A stretch of 24,000 bases of DNA from Ignavibacteriales bacterium (lineage in GTDB: Bacteria > Bacteroidota > Ignavibacteria > Ignavibacteriales > Ignavibacteriaceae): NCBI GenBank assembly GCA_015709675.1, contig CP054182.1, forward strand, positions 637,448 through 661,447, given 5' to 3'. The translations under genes and the position numbers were made by a program. Below, in pieces: positions 1 through 8,444 of this stretch. How positions within the stretch are numbered: the stretch's first letter is position 1; each line of letters starts with the position of its first letter. The notes beneath the pieces were generated by a model. That model did not search any database. It was not told the DNA's origin and saw only the letters and a program-made list of their open reading frames with translations.

Positions 1-1437
1 GGTTGCACCGCCGTCAGTGGTTTTTCTCAGATTGCCGCTTGCGCCCGTTATCCATCCGTTATTGCTGTCAGAAAAATAAACACCGAATATATTTGTTGTC
101 AGGCCGGTTGACTGCGGAGTCCAGGTCGCACCGCCATCGGTAGTTTTAAGAAGATTTCCGCTGTTGCCTGCAAGCCATCCTGTTGAAGTGTTAAGGAAAA
201 AGAAACTGTTCAGATGTGCAGTAACGCCGATTGGTTGCGAAGTCCAGCTTTCTCCTCCGTTTGTAGTTTTTATAAAAGTACCTGAGTCACCGGCGGCATA
301 ACCATTCTGCTGATCAAGGAACCAAAGTGCTTTAAGGTCTTTATTCACCCCGCTTGTTTTAGTTACCCATGATCCGCCGCCATCTGTGGTTTTTGCGATA
401 AGACCGCGTGTTCCGGTTGTCACCAGGGTATTCTCACCGGTTTTCCGGATGGTATATAATAAATTGGTAAAACCGCTGCTCTGATAGGTCCATGCGGCAC
501 CGCTTACACCGGAGCGTAATATCAGCCCCTCATTACCGCCGACAAAAATTACATTCATCGTTACATAACTGGCAGTCCTGGGTGCGATATCCGGAGTTCT
601 TGTGCGGAGAGTCCAGGTGCCGCCTCCGTTGATGGTGGTCATAATAAATCCGTCACCGGTAAGCGCGTAGCCGACTGCAATGCCGATCTGGTCATTAAAG
701 AATGAAATATCTTCAAGATCAATACTGACCGGTGTTGTCTGCAGGGTCCATGCAGCGCCCCCATTTGTAGTTTTATATACCCGGCCTGAAGCCCCCCCGG
801 CAAATCCTTCCAGTTCATTAAAGAAATGGAGAGTATATATAGAGCCGGTTGTCCCCGCGGAGATTGAAGTCCAGGTTGCTCCTCCGTCCGTGGTTTTACT
901 GAGCAGGGTTCCACCTCCCAGAACAGAACCGGCGATATATCCGACCTGTCCGTTCAGGAAATGAATATCACTGGGGATGTTGCTTGAGGCAAGACTTTGT
1001 GAAACCCAGCTTTCACCGCCGTCCGTGCTTTTGAAAAGTTTTCCGGAAGAACCGGTAACCCAGCCGGTATCTGCGTTTACAAACTGAATTGCAATAAAGT
1101 ACCCTGTAGCTGTTACCGGTTTAATACTCCAGGTTTCACCGCCGTCGGTGGTTTTCAGGATTTTAGCACTGTCACCGGCTGCCCACCCTACCGATTCGTT
1201 AATGAAGTGAATTGAGTAAAGAAACGCCAGAGTGCCGGACTCTTTCCTGACCCACGACTCCCCGCCATTGGTGGTTTTCAGGATTGTGCCTCCCAGCCCT
1301 GTCATAAAGCCGGTTGTACTGTTAAAAAAATGGGAACCTGTAAGTGAATTCCCCTGAGGAAGAGGATTCAGCCACTGCCAGTTATGCTGGGCAAAAGAAA
1401 AGAAAGAAAGGAGAAGAACAACGCCAATTGTTTTCAT
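1..1437 (-). CDS. Secreted BNR/Asp-box repeat beta-propeller protein (Ycf48-like / sialidase-repeat type); C-terminus lies outside the window
   Basis: Absent from the ORF track because it has no in-window stop. I checked every reverse-frame codon from the ATG at 1437..1435 down to position 1 and found no stop (479 codons). The N-terminus MKTIGVVLLLSFFSFAQ looks like a signal peptide. About ten Asp-box motifs (KTTNGGESW, KTTDGGETW, KSTDGGESW, KTTDGGATW ...) recur every 43-45 aa or so. Confidence 0.8.
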   Translation of the reverse strand, partial: MKTIGVVLLLSFFSFAQHNWQWLNPLPQGNSLTGSHFFNSTTGFMTGLGGTILKTTNGGESWVRKESGTLAFLYSIHFINESVGWAAGDSAKILKTTDGGETWSIKPVTATGYFIAIQFVNADTGWVTGSSGKLFKSTDGGESWVSQSLASSNIPSDIHFLNGQVGYIAGSVLGGGTLLSKTTDGGATWTSISAGTTGSIYTLHFFNELEGFAGGASGRVYKTTNGGAAWTLQTTPVSIDLEDISFFNDQIGIAVGYALTGDGFIMTTINGGGTWTLRTRTPDIAPRTASYVTMNVIFVGGNEGLILRSGVSGAAWTYQSSGFTNLLYTIRKTGENTLVTTGTRGLIAKTTDGGGSWVTKTSGVNKDLKALWFLDQQNGYAAGDSGTFIKTTNGGESWTSQPIGVTAHLNSFFFLNTSTGWLAGNSGNLLKTTDGGATWTPQSTGLTTNIFGVYFSDSNNGWITGASGNLRKTTDGGAT

Positions 1438-1527
1438 AATTATCCTTTATAAGTGAACGAGCTTATGGATTATAACCGGATTTCCCTTCCGGTATTTTTC
1501 AAAACAAAAATAAGTAAAAATATTTGA

Positions 1528-2316
1528 TTAGTATAAATTCTCCTTAGGTACTCCTGTCAGATACATAATCCCCCGTGGACCGGGCCGTGTTACCCCTGTC
1601 TGCCAGAGAAAGTTTTCAGATCCGTCCGTTTCAGATATCATCTGTTCCATTTCTTTAATTGTGTAGGTTCTAAATACTGATACAATGCCATCCCACATAA
1701 TGGTTACAAGAAGAACAGGGAGGATATAAGTAAAAAACAAACGCCCCGCGCGGAACGGCCTGATAAAAGGTGTTACCAGAAGTGTGCTGAGCGGAGAAAG
1801 TATCATCGGCAGCAGATGAAACAGAGTCCGCTGCTGCGCTTCAAAAATTGCGATTGGTTGTTTACGGTCAACAGCATCCTGCAGAATCTTTTTTGCATCC
1901 TCATACCGGAAGTGATGAAACGAAAGAAACATGGTTCTGATACCGGTAAGATCTTCCGGGACGTTCATTGCATCAACGGGTGTTGTCACAGCTGAATATA
2001 TATCAGGGTATTGCGAAACCGTTTTTTCATTAGCGCTGCTGTTGGGGTAAAGATCGGTGAGATAAACCTTCAGATTGGGAAACTCCCTTTTCAGCCGTGC
2101 AGCCACCGGGGGAAGTCCGCCCCCGCCTCCTGAGGCAAGATCAAGTACGGTTGTTACGCCTGAGGTTCTGATAACACCGGCGAGCACATCATAACTGTCA
2201 TCGAAAAGCTTTGTCATCCGTGCCGCCTGTGAGAGGAAATCAGTCATGTAGTTCCGCAGAATCTTCGGGAACCAGGGGAGGTCTTCGAATTCGAAGAGGT
2301 GAAATCTTGGCAACAT
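1528..2316 (-). CDS. Class I SAM-dependent methyltransferase with a hydrophobic C-terminal region
   Basis: 262-aa ORF. It has a glycine-rich SAM-binding motif I (VLDLASGGGGG) followed by an acidic post-I residue (YLTDLY). Two hydrophobic stretches near the C-terminus (LFHLLPMILSPLSTLLVTPFI, LFFTYILPVLLVTIMW) suggest membrane association. Substrate unknown. Confidence 0.75.
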   Translation of the reverse strand: MLPRFHLFEFEDLPWFPKILRNYMTDFLSQAARMTKLFDDSYDVLAGVIRTSGVTTVLDLASGGGGGLPPVAARLKREFPNLKVYLTDLYPNSSANEKTVSQYPDIYSAVTTPVDAMNVPEDLTGIRTMFLSFHHFRYEDAKKILQDAVDRKQPIAIFEAQQRTLFHLLPMILSPLSTLLVTPFIRPFRAGRLFFTYILPVLLVTIMWDGIVSVFRTYTIKEMEQMISETDGSENFLWQTGVTRPGPRGIMYLTGVPKENLY

Positions 2317-2323
2317 TATTTCA

Positions 2324-2355
2324 GTTAAAAGTTAAAAATTAAAAGTGAAAAGTTG
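2324..2355. repeat. Degenerate tandem heptamer array (GTTAAAA)n; left arm of an inverted repeat around the four-helix-bundle gene
   Basis: The sequence is GTTAAAA GTTAAAA ATTAAAA GTGAAAA GTTG. Its partner at 2735..2766 matches at 27 of 32 positions when reverse-complemented. Confidence 0.8.
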
Positions 2356-2358
2356 CTT

Positions 2359-2715
2359 TTAATTAGAGTTTTTTGCTTTTGAGGTTTTAAGTATGGCGGT
2401 TAACATTTTTTGAATTTCCTTCAGGTCACTGTCTATAGAGCTGTATTCTTTTAATGTAATGTTATCAGTATCTTTCAGTAACCGAAGCCAATAAGATGTT
2501 TCCCTTGATTCATTATAGGTGATGGAGAGTTTGGAAATGAAATCCTTTTTGCTTTGTCCTCCCAGAGCTTCTTCAACATTAGCCCCGATAGATGTTCCCG
2601 AACGGAGAATCTGTTTTGAAAGAACGAATTCTTTCTTCTTTTCAGTTAAATATTTAAATAGTTTATAAATCCTGATGGCAAATTTGTAGCTTTTTTCCCC
2701 AACAATACCAGCCAC
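2359..2715 (-). CDS. Four-helix-bundle protein (23S rRNA intervening-sequence protein / Avd family)
   Basis: 118-aa ORF with a GTG start. It carries the family pattern ...SKQILRSGTSIGANVEEALGGQSKKDFISKLSITYNESRETSYWLRLL... typical of TIGR02436/PF05635-type proteins. Confidence 0.85.
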   Translation of the reverse strand: MAGIVGEKSYKFAIRIYKLFKYLTEKKKEFVLSKQILRSGTSIGANVEEALGGQSKKDFISKLSITYNESRETSYWLRLLKDTDNITLKEYSSIDSDLKEIQKMLTAILKTSKAKNSN

Positions 2716-2734
2716 ATCTAGTCCAGTTCTTTTT

Positions 2735-2766
2735 CAACTTTTAACTGTTCACTTTTACCTTTTAAC
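2735..2766. repeat. Degenerate tandem heptamer array (TTTTAAC)n; right arm of the inverted repeat
   Basis: The sequence is CAAC TTTTAAC TGTTCAC TTTTACC TTTTAAC, the reverse complement of the 2324..2355 array with 5 mismatches. Its last base is the first base of the rsmG stop codon. Confidence 0.8.
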
Positions 2767-3455
2767 TATTTAACCAGCTCCACAACTATCAGTTTTTTCT
2801 CTTTAATATTCTTGATATTCGTCGGCTTATAATGCAGCTCGTAGGTGGTGATCTTCTTAATATGGGTTGAGTATTTCACCTGAGCGGTGGTAAATTCATT
2901 GGTCAGATCGCCGCCTTTGATGGCCATGATATATGCTTTCTTTTCAAAGAGGGGGAGTGCATATTTTACCAGCATGATCAGGGGTACGGTCGCACGGCTG
3001 ACAATCAGGTCAAACTTGCCGCGGTATTTCTCAATAAATTCAGGTGATTCAACGCGGGCGTTTTCAACGGTGACATTCTTCAGACGGAGCTTTTCGATGA
3101 ACTCCGCAACAGCATTCGTTTTTTTGGCAATGGAATCAACCAGTACACCCTTGAGCATCGGATTCATAATAGCCAGAGGAATTCCGGGGAATCCGCCGCC
3201 GGTGCCAAGATCAAGAAAATTTGAACATTTTTCAGGAATAAACTTGGATATATACGAAGAGATAAATACATGGTTTTCGATGATGGATTCAACATCCTTG
3301 CGGGAAATAAGATTGACCGCTTCGTTCTTCTCCACAACCAGCTCTGCAAAAAATGCAAGCCGCTCCAGCAGCGTGCTGTCGGGATTCTGCCCGTTCTCCC
3401 AGTAGAAGGAAGTAAGTTCTTTAAGGTAGGATTCCTGTGTATGGTGCTGTATCAT
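2766..3455 (-). CDS. rsmG: 16S rRNA (guanine527-N7)-methyltransferase RsmG (GidB)
   Basis: 229-aa ORF with the SAM motif FLDLGTGGGFPGIPLAI and a downstream ...LIVSRA... segment typical of GidB. It lies 25 bp downstream of mnmG, as in the classical gidA-gidB operon. Confidence 0.9.
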   Translation of the reverse strand: MIQHHTQESYLKELTSFYWENGQNPDSTLLERLAFFAELVVEKNEAVNLISRKDVESIIENHVFISSYISKFIPEKCSNFLDLGTGGGFPGIPLAIMNPMLKGVLVDSIAKKTNAVAEFIEKLRLKNVTVENARVESPEFIEKYRGKFDLIVSRATVPLIMLVKYALPLFEKKAYIMAIKGGDLTNEFTTAQVKYSTHIKKITTYELHYKPTNIKNIKEKKLIVVELVK

Positions 3456-3480
3456 GCCACGATAATCAAAAAAAATGAAA

Positions 3481-5355
3481 TTACTTTTTCAAATATACCA
3501 ATAAAACGGATATATCGGAAGGGGTTAAGCCCGATATTCGCGATGCCTGCCCGACGGATCTCGGTCTGAATTTGTTCAGCCGGTCCCTCGCCTCAAGAGA
3601 CAGATTCTTAAGTCCTGAATATTCAAAATCTGAAGGAATTCTCATATCCTCGTACTTGTCAAGCTTCTCAACATGTTCTCCCTGCCGCTTGATATAGCCC
3701 TCATATTTTATCTCAATTTCTATTTGCATCTGAATCGCAGGGTCGGTGTAGTCCTGATGCTCTCCGTTCAGATAATCCTTAGCGTGTTCAGCAATCTCAG
3801 CCAGAGTGAGTTCCGGGCGCTTGGTCAGTTTGGCTACGGTTTCGGAGTTGTCCAGAAGTCCTAGTTCTTTCTTCTCCAAAAGCGGATTAATCTGGGGGGG
3901 GGTGAGCCGCACCGAGTTATAAAAACTGATACCTTTGCGGATGATTTCCTTTTGCTCTTCAAAGTACCTGAGCTCGTCATCGGTGATGAGTCCATAACGG
4001 TGGCCGTAAGTAGAAAGTCTGAACTCAGCATTATCAGCTCTCAGCAAAAGCCGGTGTTCAGCGCGGGAGGTGAACATCCGGTAGGGCTCATCGGTGGATT
4101 TATTCACCAAATCATCAATCAGCACACCGATATATGCCTCACTGCGTTTCAGAACCATCTCTGGTTTGCCGGTTATCTTTGCTGCCGCGTTAATGCCCGC
4201 TACAAGTCCCTGGGCAGCAGCTTCTTCATATCCTGAGGTTCCGTTAATTTGTCCGGCGAAGTAGAGTCCGGAAATCTTTTTTGTCTCAAGGGTAAGATCC
4301 ACCTGATGCGGGGGAAAGAAGTCATACTCAACTGCATATCCGGGGCGGATCATAACTGCTTCCTCAAGTCCCCGTATCATGTGGATAGCTTTTAGCTGGA
4401 CCTCAGCAGGCAGAGAAGTTGAAAACCCGTTCAAGTATATCAGATCGGTATCCAGCCCTTCCGGCTCTAGGAAAAGCTGATGCCGTTCCTTGTCGGAAAA
4501 TCTTACAATCTTATCCTCAATAGACGGACAGTATCTGGGTCCCGCGCCTTTAATCAGTCCGGTGAACATTGGGGACTCCTTAAATCCGGTCTCAAGAATC
4601 TTATGCACTTCCTGGCTGGTGTAAGTCAGATGACAGGGAAGCTGAGGAAGATAGGGAAATTCATTCCGCGGGGTTCTGAAAGAAAAAGGGAGGGGAATAT
4701 CATCACCCGGATGTATCTCAAGGATTTCCCAGTTGATGCTTTTCTTATCCAGGCGGGGAGGAGTTCCGGTTTTGAGACGCCCGGTTTCAAACCCCATCCG
4801 GACGAGAGATTCCGTAATACCTGTTGCCGGCTGTTCACCGAATCTTCCGCCCGATACAGCTTTCAGGCCTGTGTGCATCAAGCCGTTCAGAAAAGTACCC
4901 GAACAAAGAATCACTGCTTTTGCCGGAAAGAATTTTCCCTCGATTGAGTTTACTCCTGTTACAATACCATTTTCCTGATTTATTGCTGTGATGTTTTCCT
5001 GGAGGATAGTGAGGTTTGGTTCGTTTTCAACGATTTTCAGGGCCTCGAGTGAGTAGAGAGTTCTGTCGTTCTGAGAGCGGGGAGACCAGACAGCGGGGCC
5101 CTTAGAGCGGTTTAGGGTACGGAACTGAATACCTGAGCGGTCTGCGATCTGCCCCATCACTCCTCCGAGAGCATCAATTTCCCTCACCAGATGACCCTTT
5201 GCGGTACCTCCTATCGCCGGATTGCATGACATCCGACCAATTCCGTTTTTTTCCATCGTAACTAAAGCAACGGAGACCCCCATCCTGGCAACTGAAACCG
5301 CTGCTTCAATCCCGGCATGTCCGCCGCCAATAACTATAACATCGAAACTAAGCAA
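3481..5355 (-). CDS. mnmG: tRNA uridine 5-carboxymethylaminomethyl modification enzyme MnmG (GidA)
   Basis: 624-aa ORF with an N-terminal FAD fold ([16 protein letters not shown]). The full-length pattern matches the GidA family ([47 protein letters not shown]). Confidence 0.97.
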   Translation of the reverse strand: MLSFDVIVIGGGHAGIEAAVSVARMGVSVALVTMEKNGIGRMSCNPAIGGTAKGHLVREIDALGGVMGQIADRSGIQFRTLNRSKGPAVWSPRSQNDRTLYSLEALKIVENEPNLTILQENITAINQENGIVTGVNSIEGKFFPAKAVILCSGTFLNGLMHTGLKAVSGGRFGEQPATGITESLVRMGFETGRLKTGTPPRLDKKSINWEILEIHPGDDIPLPFSFRTPRNEFPYLPQLPCHLTYTSQEVHKILETGFKESPMFTGLIKGAGPRYCPSIEDKIVRFSDKERHQLFLEPEGLDTDLIYLNGFSTSLPAEVQLKAIHMIRGLEEAVMIRPGYAVEYDFFPPHQVDLTLETKKISGLYFAGQINGTSGYEEAAAQGLVAGINAAAKITGKPEMVLKRSEAYIGVLIDDLVNKSTDEPYRMFTSRAEHRLLLRADNAEFRLSTYGHRYGLITDDELRYFEEQKEIIRKGISFYNSVRLTPPQINPLLEKKELGLLDNSETVAKLTKRPELTLAEIAEHAKDYLNGEHQDYTDPAIQMQIEIEIKYEGYIKRQGEHVEKLDKYEDMRIPSDFEYSGLKNLSLEARDRLNKFRPRSVGQASRISGLTPSDISVLLVYLKK

Positions 5356-5370
5356 AAATCCTCGTATCTC

Positions 5371-5384
5371 GTTTCACGTGAAAC
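5371..5384. promoter_or_regulatory. Perfect 14-bp palindrome GTTTCACGTGAAAC, copy 1, 16 nt upstream of the mnmG start codon
   Basis: Read directly from the sequence. An identical 16-mer, GTTTCACGTGAAACGG, recurs at 5475..5490. Confidence 0.35.
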
Positions 5385-5474
5385 GGGTAAAATCAATTAA
5401 AAAATGCAGTGCAAAAATAACCTTATTTTGTCCGGAATTCAACCGGGCGAAATGTCCTGCGTGGTGCAGGGAAT

Positions 5475-5488
5475 GTTTCACGTGAAAC
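5475..5488. promoter_or_regulatory. Perfect 14-bp palindrome GTTTCACGTGAAAC, copy 2
   Basis: Identical to copy 1, with centres 104 bp apart. I saw no third CACGTG-centred copy in the window. Confidence 0.35.
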
Positions 5489-5494
5489 GGAGTT

Positions 5495-5908
5495 CTTCTC
5501 TGGCGTGTTGGAGCGGAGACCGGAGCGCACTGGAGTTGGTCCCCGAGCGAAGTCGAGGGGTAGTCCGGATTGCAGAAGAGCTGGTCCCCGAAATGGTCTC
5601 CTCGACTCCGCTCGGAGACCGGAGCGCACTGGAGTTGGTCCCCGAGCGTAGTCGAGGGGTAGTCCGGATTACAGAAGAGCTGGTCCCAGAACTGGTCTCC
5701 TCGACTCCGCTCGGAGACCGGAGCGCACTGGAGTTGGTCCCCGAGCGTAGTCGAGGGGGAGGGGTAGCCGAGGGGGAGTCCGTATTACAGAAGAGCTGAT
5801 CCCCGAACTGGTCTCCTCGACTCCGCTCGGAGACCAGAGTAGAAGCCAGCCCCCGAGCTGCTCCCCGCTCCGACGTGTCGGAGGAGGGGTAGCCGAGGGG
5901 AAGCGACC
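5495..5908 (+). repeat. GC-rich tandem repeat array (family 1), about 3.5 units of 99 bp
   Basis: Units start with GGAGACCGGAGCGCACTGG at 5515, 5614 and 5713; a degenerate fourth unit starts at 5829. Units 1 and 2 differ at 4 of 99 positions. Unit 3 carries a 17-bp insertion. Each unit contains GGTCCCCGAGCG(A/T)AGTCGAGGGGTAG and the hairpin GGTCTCC-TCGACTCCGCTC-GGAGACC. Confidence 0.9.
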
Positions 5909-6014
5909 GCTGATACTCAACAAATAATCACTGAATTCTGTCACATAAAATCATAATATGATACTATCCACTATATTCGCATCATATTTTATCAACATCA
6001 CCGGAAGCTATCAT

Positions 6015-6476
6015 ATGAAGTCACTTTTTTCTTTGCTGTTTGCTCTTTGCATCATTGTGCCGCTGAGTGCTCAGAGGCCAAATCCAGACTACGATTCCAC
6101 CCTGGCTAAAAAGCTCGGGGCTGATGACATCGGAATGAAGGGATACACTCTCGTGATTCTTAAAACAGGTACAAATACCAATACGGACAAAGCATTCACT
6201 GACAGCTGCTTTAAGAGTCATTTCAGCAATATGCGGGAGATGACCAAAATGGGTAAACTTGTGGTGGCGGGCCCTCTTGGAAAAAATGATAATACCTACA
6301 GGGGAATTTTCATTATGAACACCACAGATTTTGATGAGGTGCATCAGCTTCTGCAGGGAGATCTTACGGTTAAGGAAAAGATATTTGATGTAGAGTTATA
6401 CAAATGGTACGGCTCGGCCGCACTGCCATTGTATCTGGATTCAACGGAAAAAATAAGCAAAAAGCTGTTTGATTAG
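6015..6476 (+). CDS. Secreted YciI-like domain protein
   Basis: The track ORF starts at 5958. I prefer the internal ATG at 6015 because MKSLFSLLFALCIIVPLSAQ is a clean signal peptide. The body (YTLVILKTG...FKSHFSNMREMTKMGKLVVAGPLG...YRGIFIMNTTDFDEVHQLLQGD) fits the YciI/DGPF-like pattern. The family call is tentative. Confidence 0.55.
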   Translation: MKSLFSLLFALCIIVPLSAQRPNPDYDSTLAKKLGADDIGMKGYTLVILKTGTNTNTDKAFTDSCFKSHFSNMREMTKMGKLVVAGPLGKNDNTYRGIFIMNTTDFDEVHQLLQGDLTVKEKIFDVELYKWYGSAALPLYLDSTEKISKKLFD

Positions 6477-6548
6477 GTCTCCTCGACTCCGCACGGAGAC
6501 CGGAGTAGATTCGGTCCCCGAGCCGGACCCCGAGCGTAGTCGAGGGGG
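6476..6548 (+). repeat. Family-1 GC-rich hairpin repeat, single copy
   Basis: GGTCTCCTCGACTCCGCACGGAGACC followed by ...GGTCCCCGAGCC...CCCCGAGCGTAGTCGAGGGGG. It begins on the last base of the upstream stop codon. Confidence 0.8.
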
Positions 6549-6613
6549 TGTGATATTTTCTACTGTGAAAATTAACTGCCGATAATTAAGTTTCAGATAA
6601 AAAAGAGAGCTAT

Positions 6614-6952
6614 ATGCCCAAGGGATATATGTATATACTCCGGTGTGCAGACGGAACGTATTACACCGGAAGCACAACCGATTTGGAGCTGAGATTACTT
6701 CAGCATCAGCAGGGTGAAGGCGCGAATTACACCAGAAAAAACCTGCCGGTAGAACTTGTATATTATGAAGAGTATGAACGGATAGACGAAGCTTTCGTAA
6801 GGGAAAAACAGGTTCAGCGCTGGTCACAGAAAAAGAAAGAAGCGCTGATGAATTCGGATATCGAATCAGTAAAAAAGCTTTCTGAGTGTCATAACAAGAC
6901 ACATTATCGGTATTATAAAAATGGTGATGACGGTAAGGAGAAAGAGCAATAG
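6614..6952 (+). CDS. Small GIY-YIG nuclease family protein (UPF0213/YhbQ-like)
   Basis: 112-aa ORF with the motifs GYMYIL...GTYYTGSTTDLELRLLQH...ELVYYEEY...AFVREKQVQRWSQKKKEALM, matching the GIY / YIG / R / E pattern of the stand-alone GIY-YIG family. Confidence 0.85.
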   Translation: MPKGYMYILRCADGTYYTGSTTDLELRLLQHQQGEGANYTRKNLPVELVYYEEYERIDEAFVREKQVQRWSQKKKEALMNSDIESVKKLSECHNKTHYRYYKNGDDGKEKEQ

Positions 6953-6959
6953 TTACAAC

Positions 6960-7214
6960 GGTCTCCTCGACTCCGCTCGGAGGCCACAAAAGAGTCGGTC
7001 CCCGAGCGTAGTCGAGGGGTAGCCGAGGTGAGAAGTAATAGTTCCCCCCTCCGACAAGTCGGAGCGGAGACCGGAGTAGAACTGGTTCCCGAGATGGTCT
7101 CCTCGACTCCGCTCGGAGACCACAAAAGAGTCGGTCCCCGAGCTGTTCCCCGATCCGGTCCCCGAGCTGTTCCCCGATCCGGTCCCCGAGCGGAGTCGAG
7201 GGGTAGTCGAGGGG
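6960..7214 (+). repeat. Family-1 GC-rich hairpin repeats, several modules with an internal 24-bp duplication
   Basis: GGTCTCCTCGACTCCGCTCGGAG(G/A)CC occurs at 6960 and about 7096. GGTCCCCGAGCGTAGTCGAGGGGTAG modules are present. The hairpin CTCCGAC-AA-GTCGGAG is present. GGTCCCCGAGCTGTTCCCCGATCC occurs twice in tandem at about 7133-7180. Confidence 0.85.
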
Positions 7215-7431
7215 AAATCGAAAAAGAACTTACAGCAAAGGAATTTATTTAACTTCCGTATTTTTCAAAACTTAATATATATTAAAACCAGGCACATTTC
7301 TCTCAGCCAACAGCCCCGCATAAGGGAGTGATGTTTATTTCCTTTTTGTTATCTTGCATATAAGGGTACCGGTCAGACGGTACATTCCTTCGTGTTCAAA
7401 TTATTTAACTATCAAATATTTCAGAGGGCAG

Positions 7432-8334
7432 ATGAAACGTTACGTACTCGTTTTTTTTCTTTTGGCAGCCGTATCAGTTAAGCCGCAGACGGTTGATACT
7501 TTTTTCTATGGTGACACCCGCGCCGTGCTTCCGAATCCATACGGAGCAGGTTATATAGCTGGCACCAATGCTTACCTTGATATCGGCAAATATCAGCGCA
7601 TTGATGTATATGCTGAAGCACTCATCCGCGGGACGGTTATCCACATGGGTTTTAAACAGATTGTAGATACTCCTGATACTATTTATATTGTATTCAGGGA
7701 AATGGCCGCGGACAGCTCTCCCGGCACTTTGCTCGCCTCAATCACCACTACGCTTGATCAGTTTGATACTACAAACGGACTTTCCTTCATGCTTCCTAAT
7801 CCGCTGCCGATGCCGGGCGGTCCTTTTGTTCCGGTGCATTTTTACATCGGGCTTGAGTGGGATGTTGCGGTAAATGATACCTTCGCTCTTGCAACAGACG
7901 TGCAGGGGGAGGGAGAATACCAGAACCGCGCATGGGAGAAATTCTCCGATGGCACCTATCAGCGGTTTAATCAGGACAGTGACTTCAGCTGGCGCCTGAA
8001 CGCCGATATCTGGATCGGAGCTTTATATACGGAAGGTCTGACCAGCACTGAAGATGCAGAAGCATCTCCCTCAGTATATATACTGCGGCAGAATTACCCC
8101 AACCCGTTCAACCCGTCAACAAGGATCGGATTTACCTTGCCGGAGAGCGGTGAAGTTTCGCTTAGAGTATATGATCTGCTCGGTAATACAATTGCGGTAC
8201 TGGCAGAAGGATTCCGCGAAGCAGGCTCTCATTCCGTAAAGTTTGACGCAAAGGATTTAAGCGGAGGTGTGTATTTCTATGAACTGAATGCAGGCAGCTT
8301 CCGTGATGTGAAGAAACTTACTCTCATCAAATAA
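7432..8334 (+). CDS. Secreted protein with a T9SS C-terminal sorting domain
   Basis: The track ORF starts at 7354. I prefer the ATG at 7432 because MKRYVLVFFLLAAVSVKPQ is a signal peptide. The C-terminal 80 aa or so (LRQNYPNPFNPSTRIGFTLPESGEVSLRVYDLLGNTIAVL...GVYFYELNAGSFRDVKKLTLIK) match the T9SS type A (Por_Secre_tail) pattern. The passenger domain is unrecognised. Confidence 0.8.
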   Translation: MKRYVLVFFLLAAVSVKPQTVDTFFYGDTRAVLPNPYGAGYIAGTNAYLDIGKYQRIDVYAEALIRGTVIHMGFKQIVDTPDTIYIVFREMAADSSPGTLLASITTTLDQFDTTNGLSFMLPNPLPMPGGPFVPVHFYIGLEWDVAVNDTFALATDVQGEGEYQNRAWEKFSDGTYQRFNQDSDFSWRLNADIWIGALYTEGLTSTEDAEASPSVYILRQNYPNPFNPSTRIGFTLPESGEVSLRVYDLLGNTIAVLAEGFREAGSHSVKFDAKDLSGGVYFYELNAGSFRDVKKLTLIK

Positions 8335-8444
8335 TCACGCATAAAGGAGATTAACCGGATTTTGATTTGAGGGTTTAACGGAGATCCGGCAATGGTCATA
8401 ATTCGGTGAATCGAAATATGCAGGAGAGAGTAATTATTATTTGG

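Noticed and set aside
1475-1499. Hairpin ACCGGA-N7-TCCGGT followed by ATTTTT as a terminator
   Set aside because: The T-run is on the plus-strand side, but both neighbouring genes are on the minus strand. The orientation does not fit termination of either gene.
2359-2715. Diversity-generating retroelement (the four-helix-bundle protein is Avd-like)
   Set aside because: There is no reverse transcriptase gene, template/variable repeat pair or target gene nearby. The gene sits alone between inverted heptamer arrays.
2887-5485. Antisense and shadow ORFs inside rsmG and mnmG (for example 2887..3405, 3270..3569, 4480..4947, 4733..4978, 5222..5485)
   Set aside because: They overlap confidently identified genes on the opposite strand or out of frame, and have no family resemblance.
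5404-5944. Track ORFs 5404..5799 (+), 5423..5629 (-) and 5669..5944 (-) as protein-coding genes
   Set aside because: They lie entirely within the family-1 tandem array. Their peptides simply reiterate the DNA repeat (for example LVPERSRGVVRI... three times). Both strands are open because the sequence is GC-rich. They have no plausible start context.
5495-7214. CRISPR array
   Set aside because: The repeat units are contiguous with a 99-bp period and no unique spacers. The internal 24-bp duplication at about 7133-7180 is also spacer-less. No cas genes are in the window.
6441-7252. Track ORFs 6441..6989 (-), 6913..7125 (-) and 7028..7252 (+)
   Set aside because: One is antisense to the well-supported GIY-YIG gene. 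The others read through family-1 repeats and are Pro/Arg/Ser/Gly-rich with no family resemblance.
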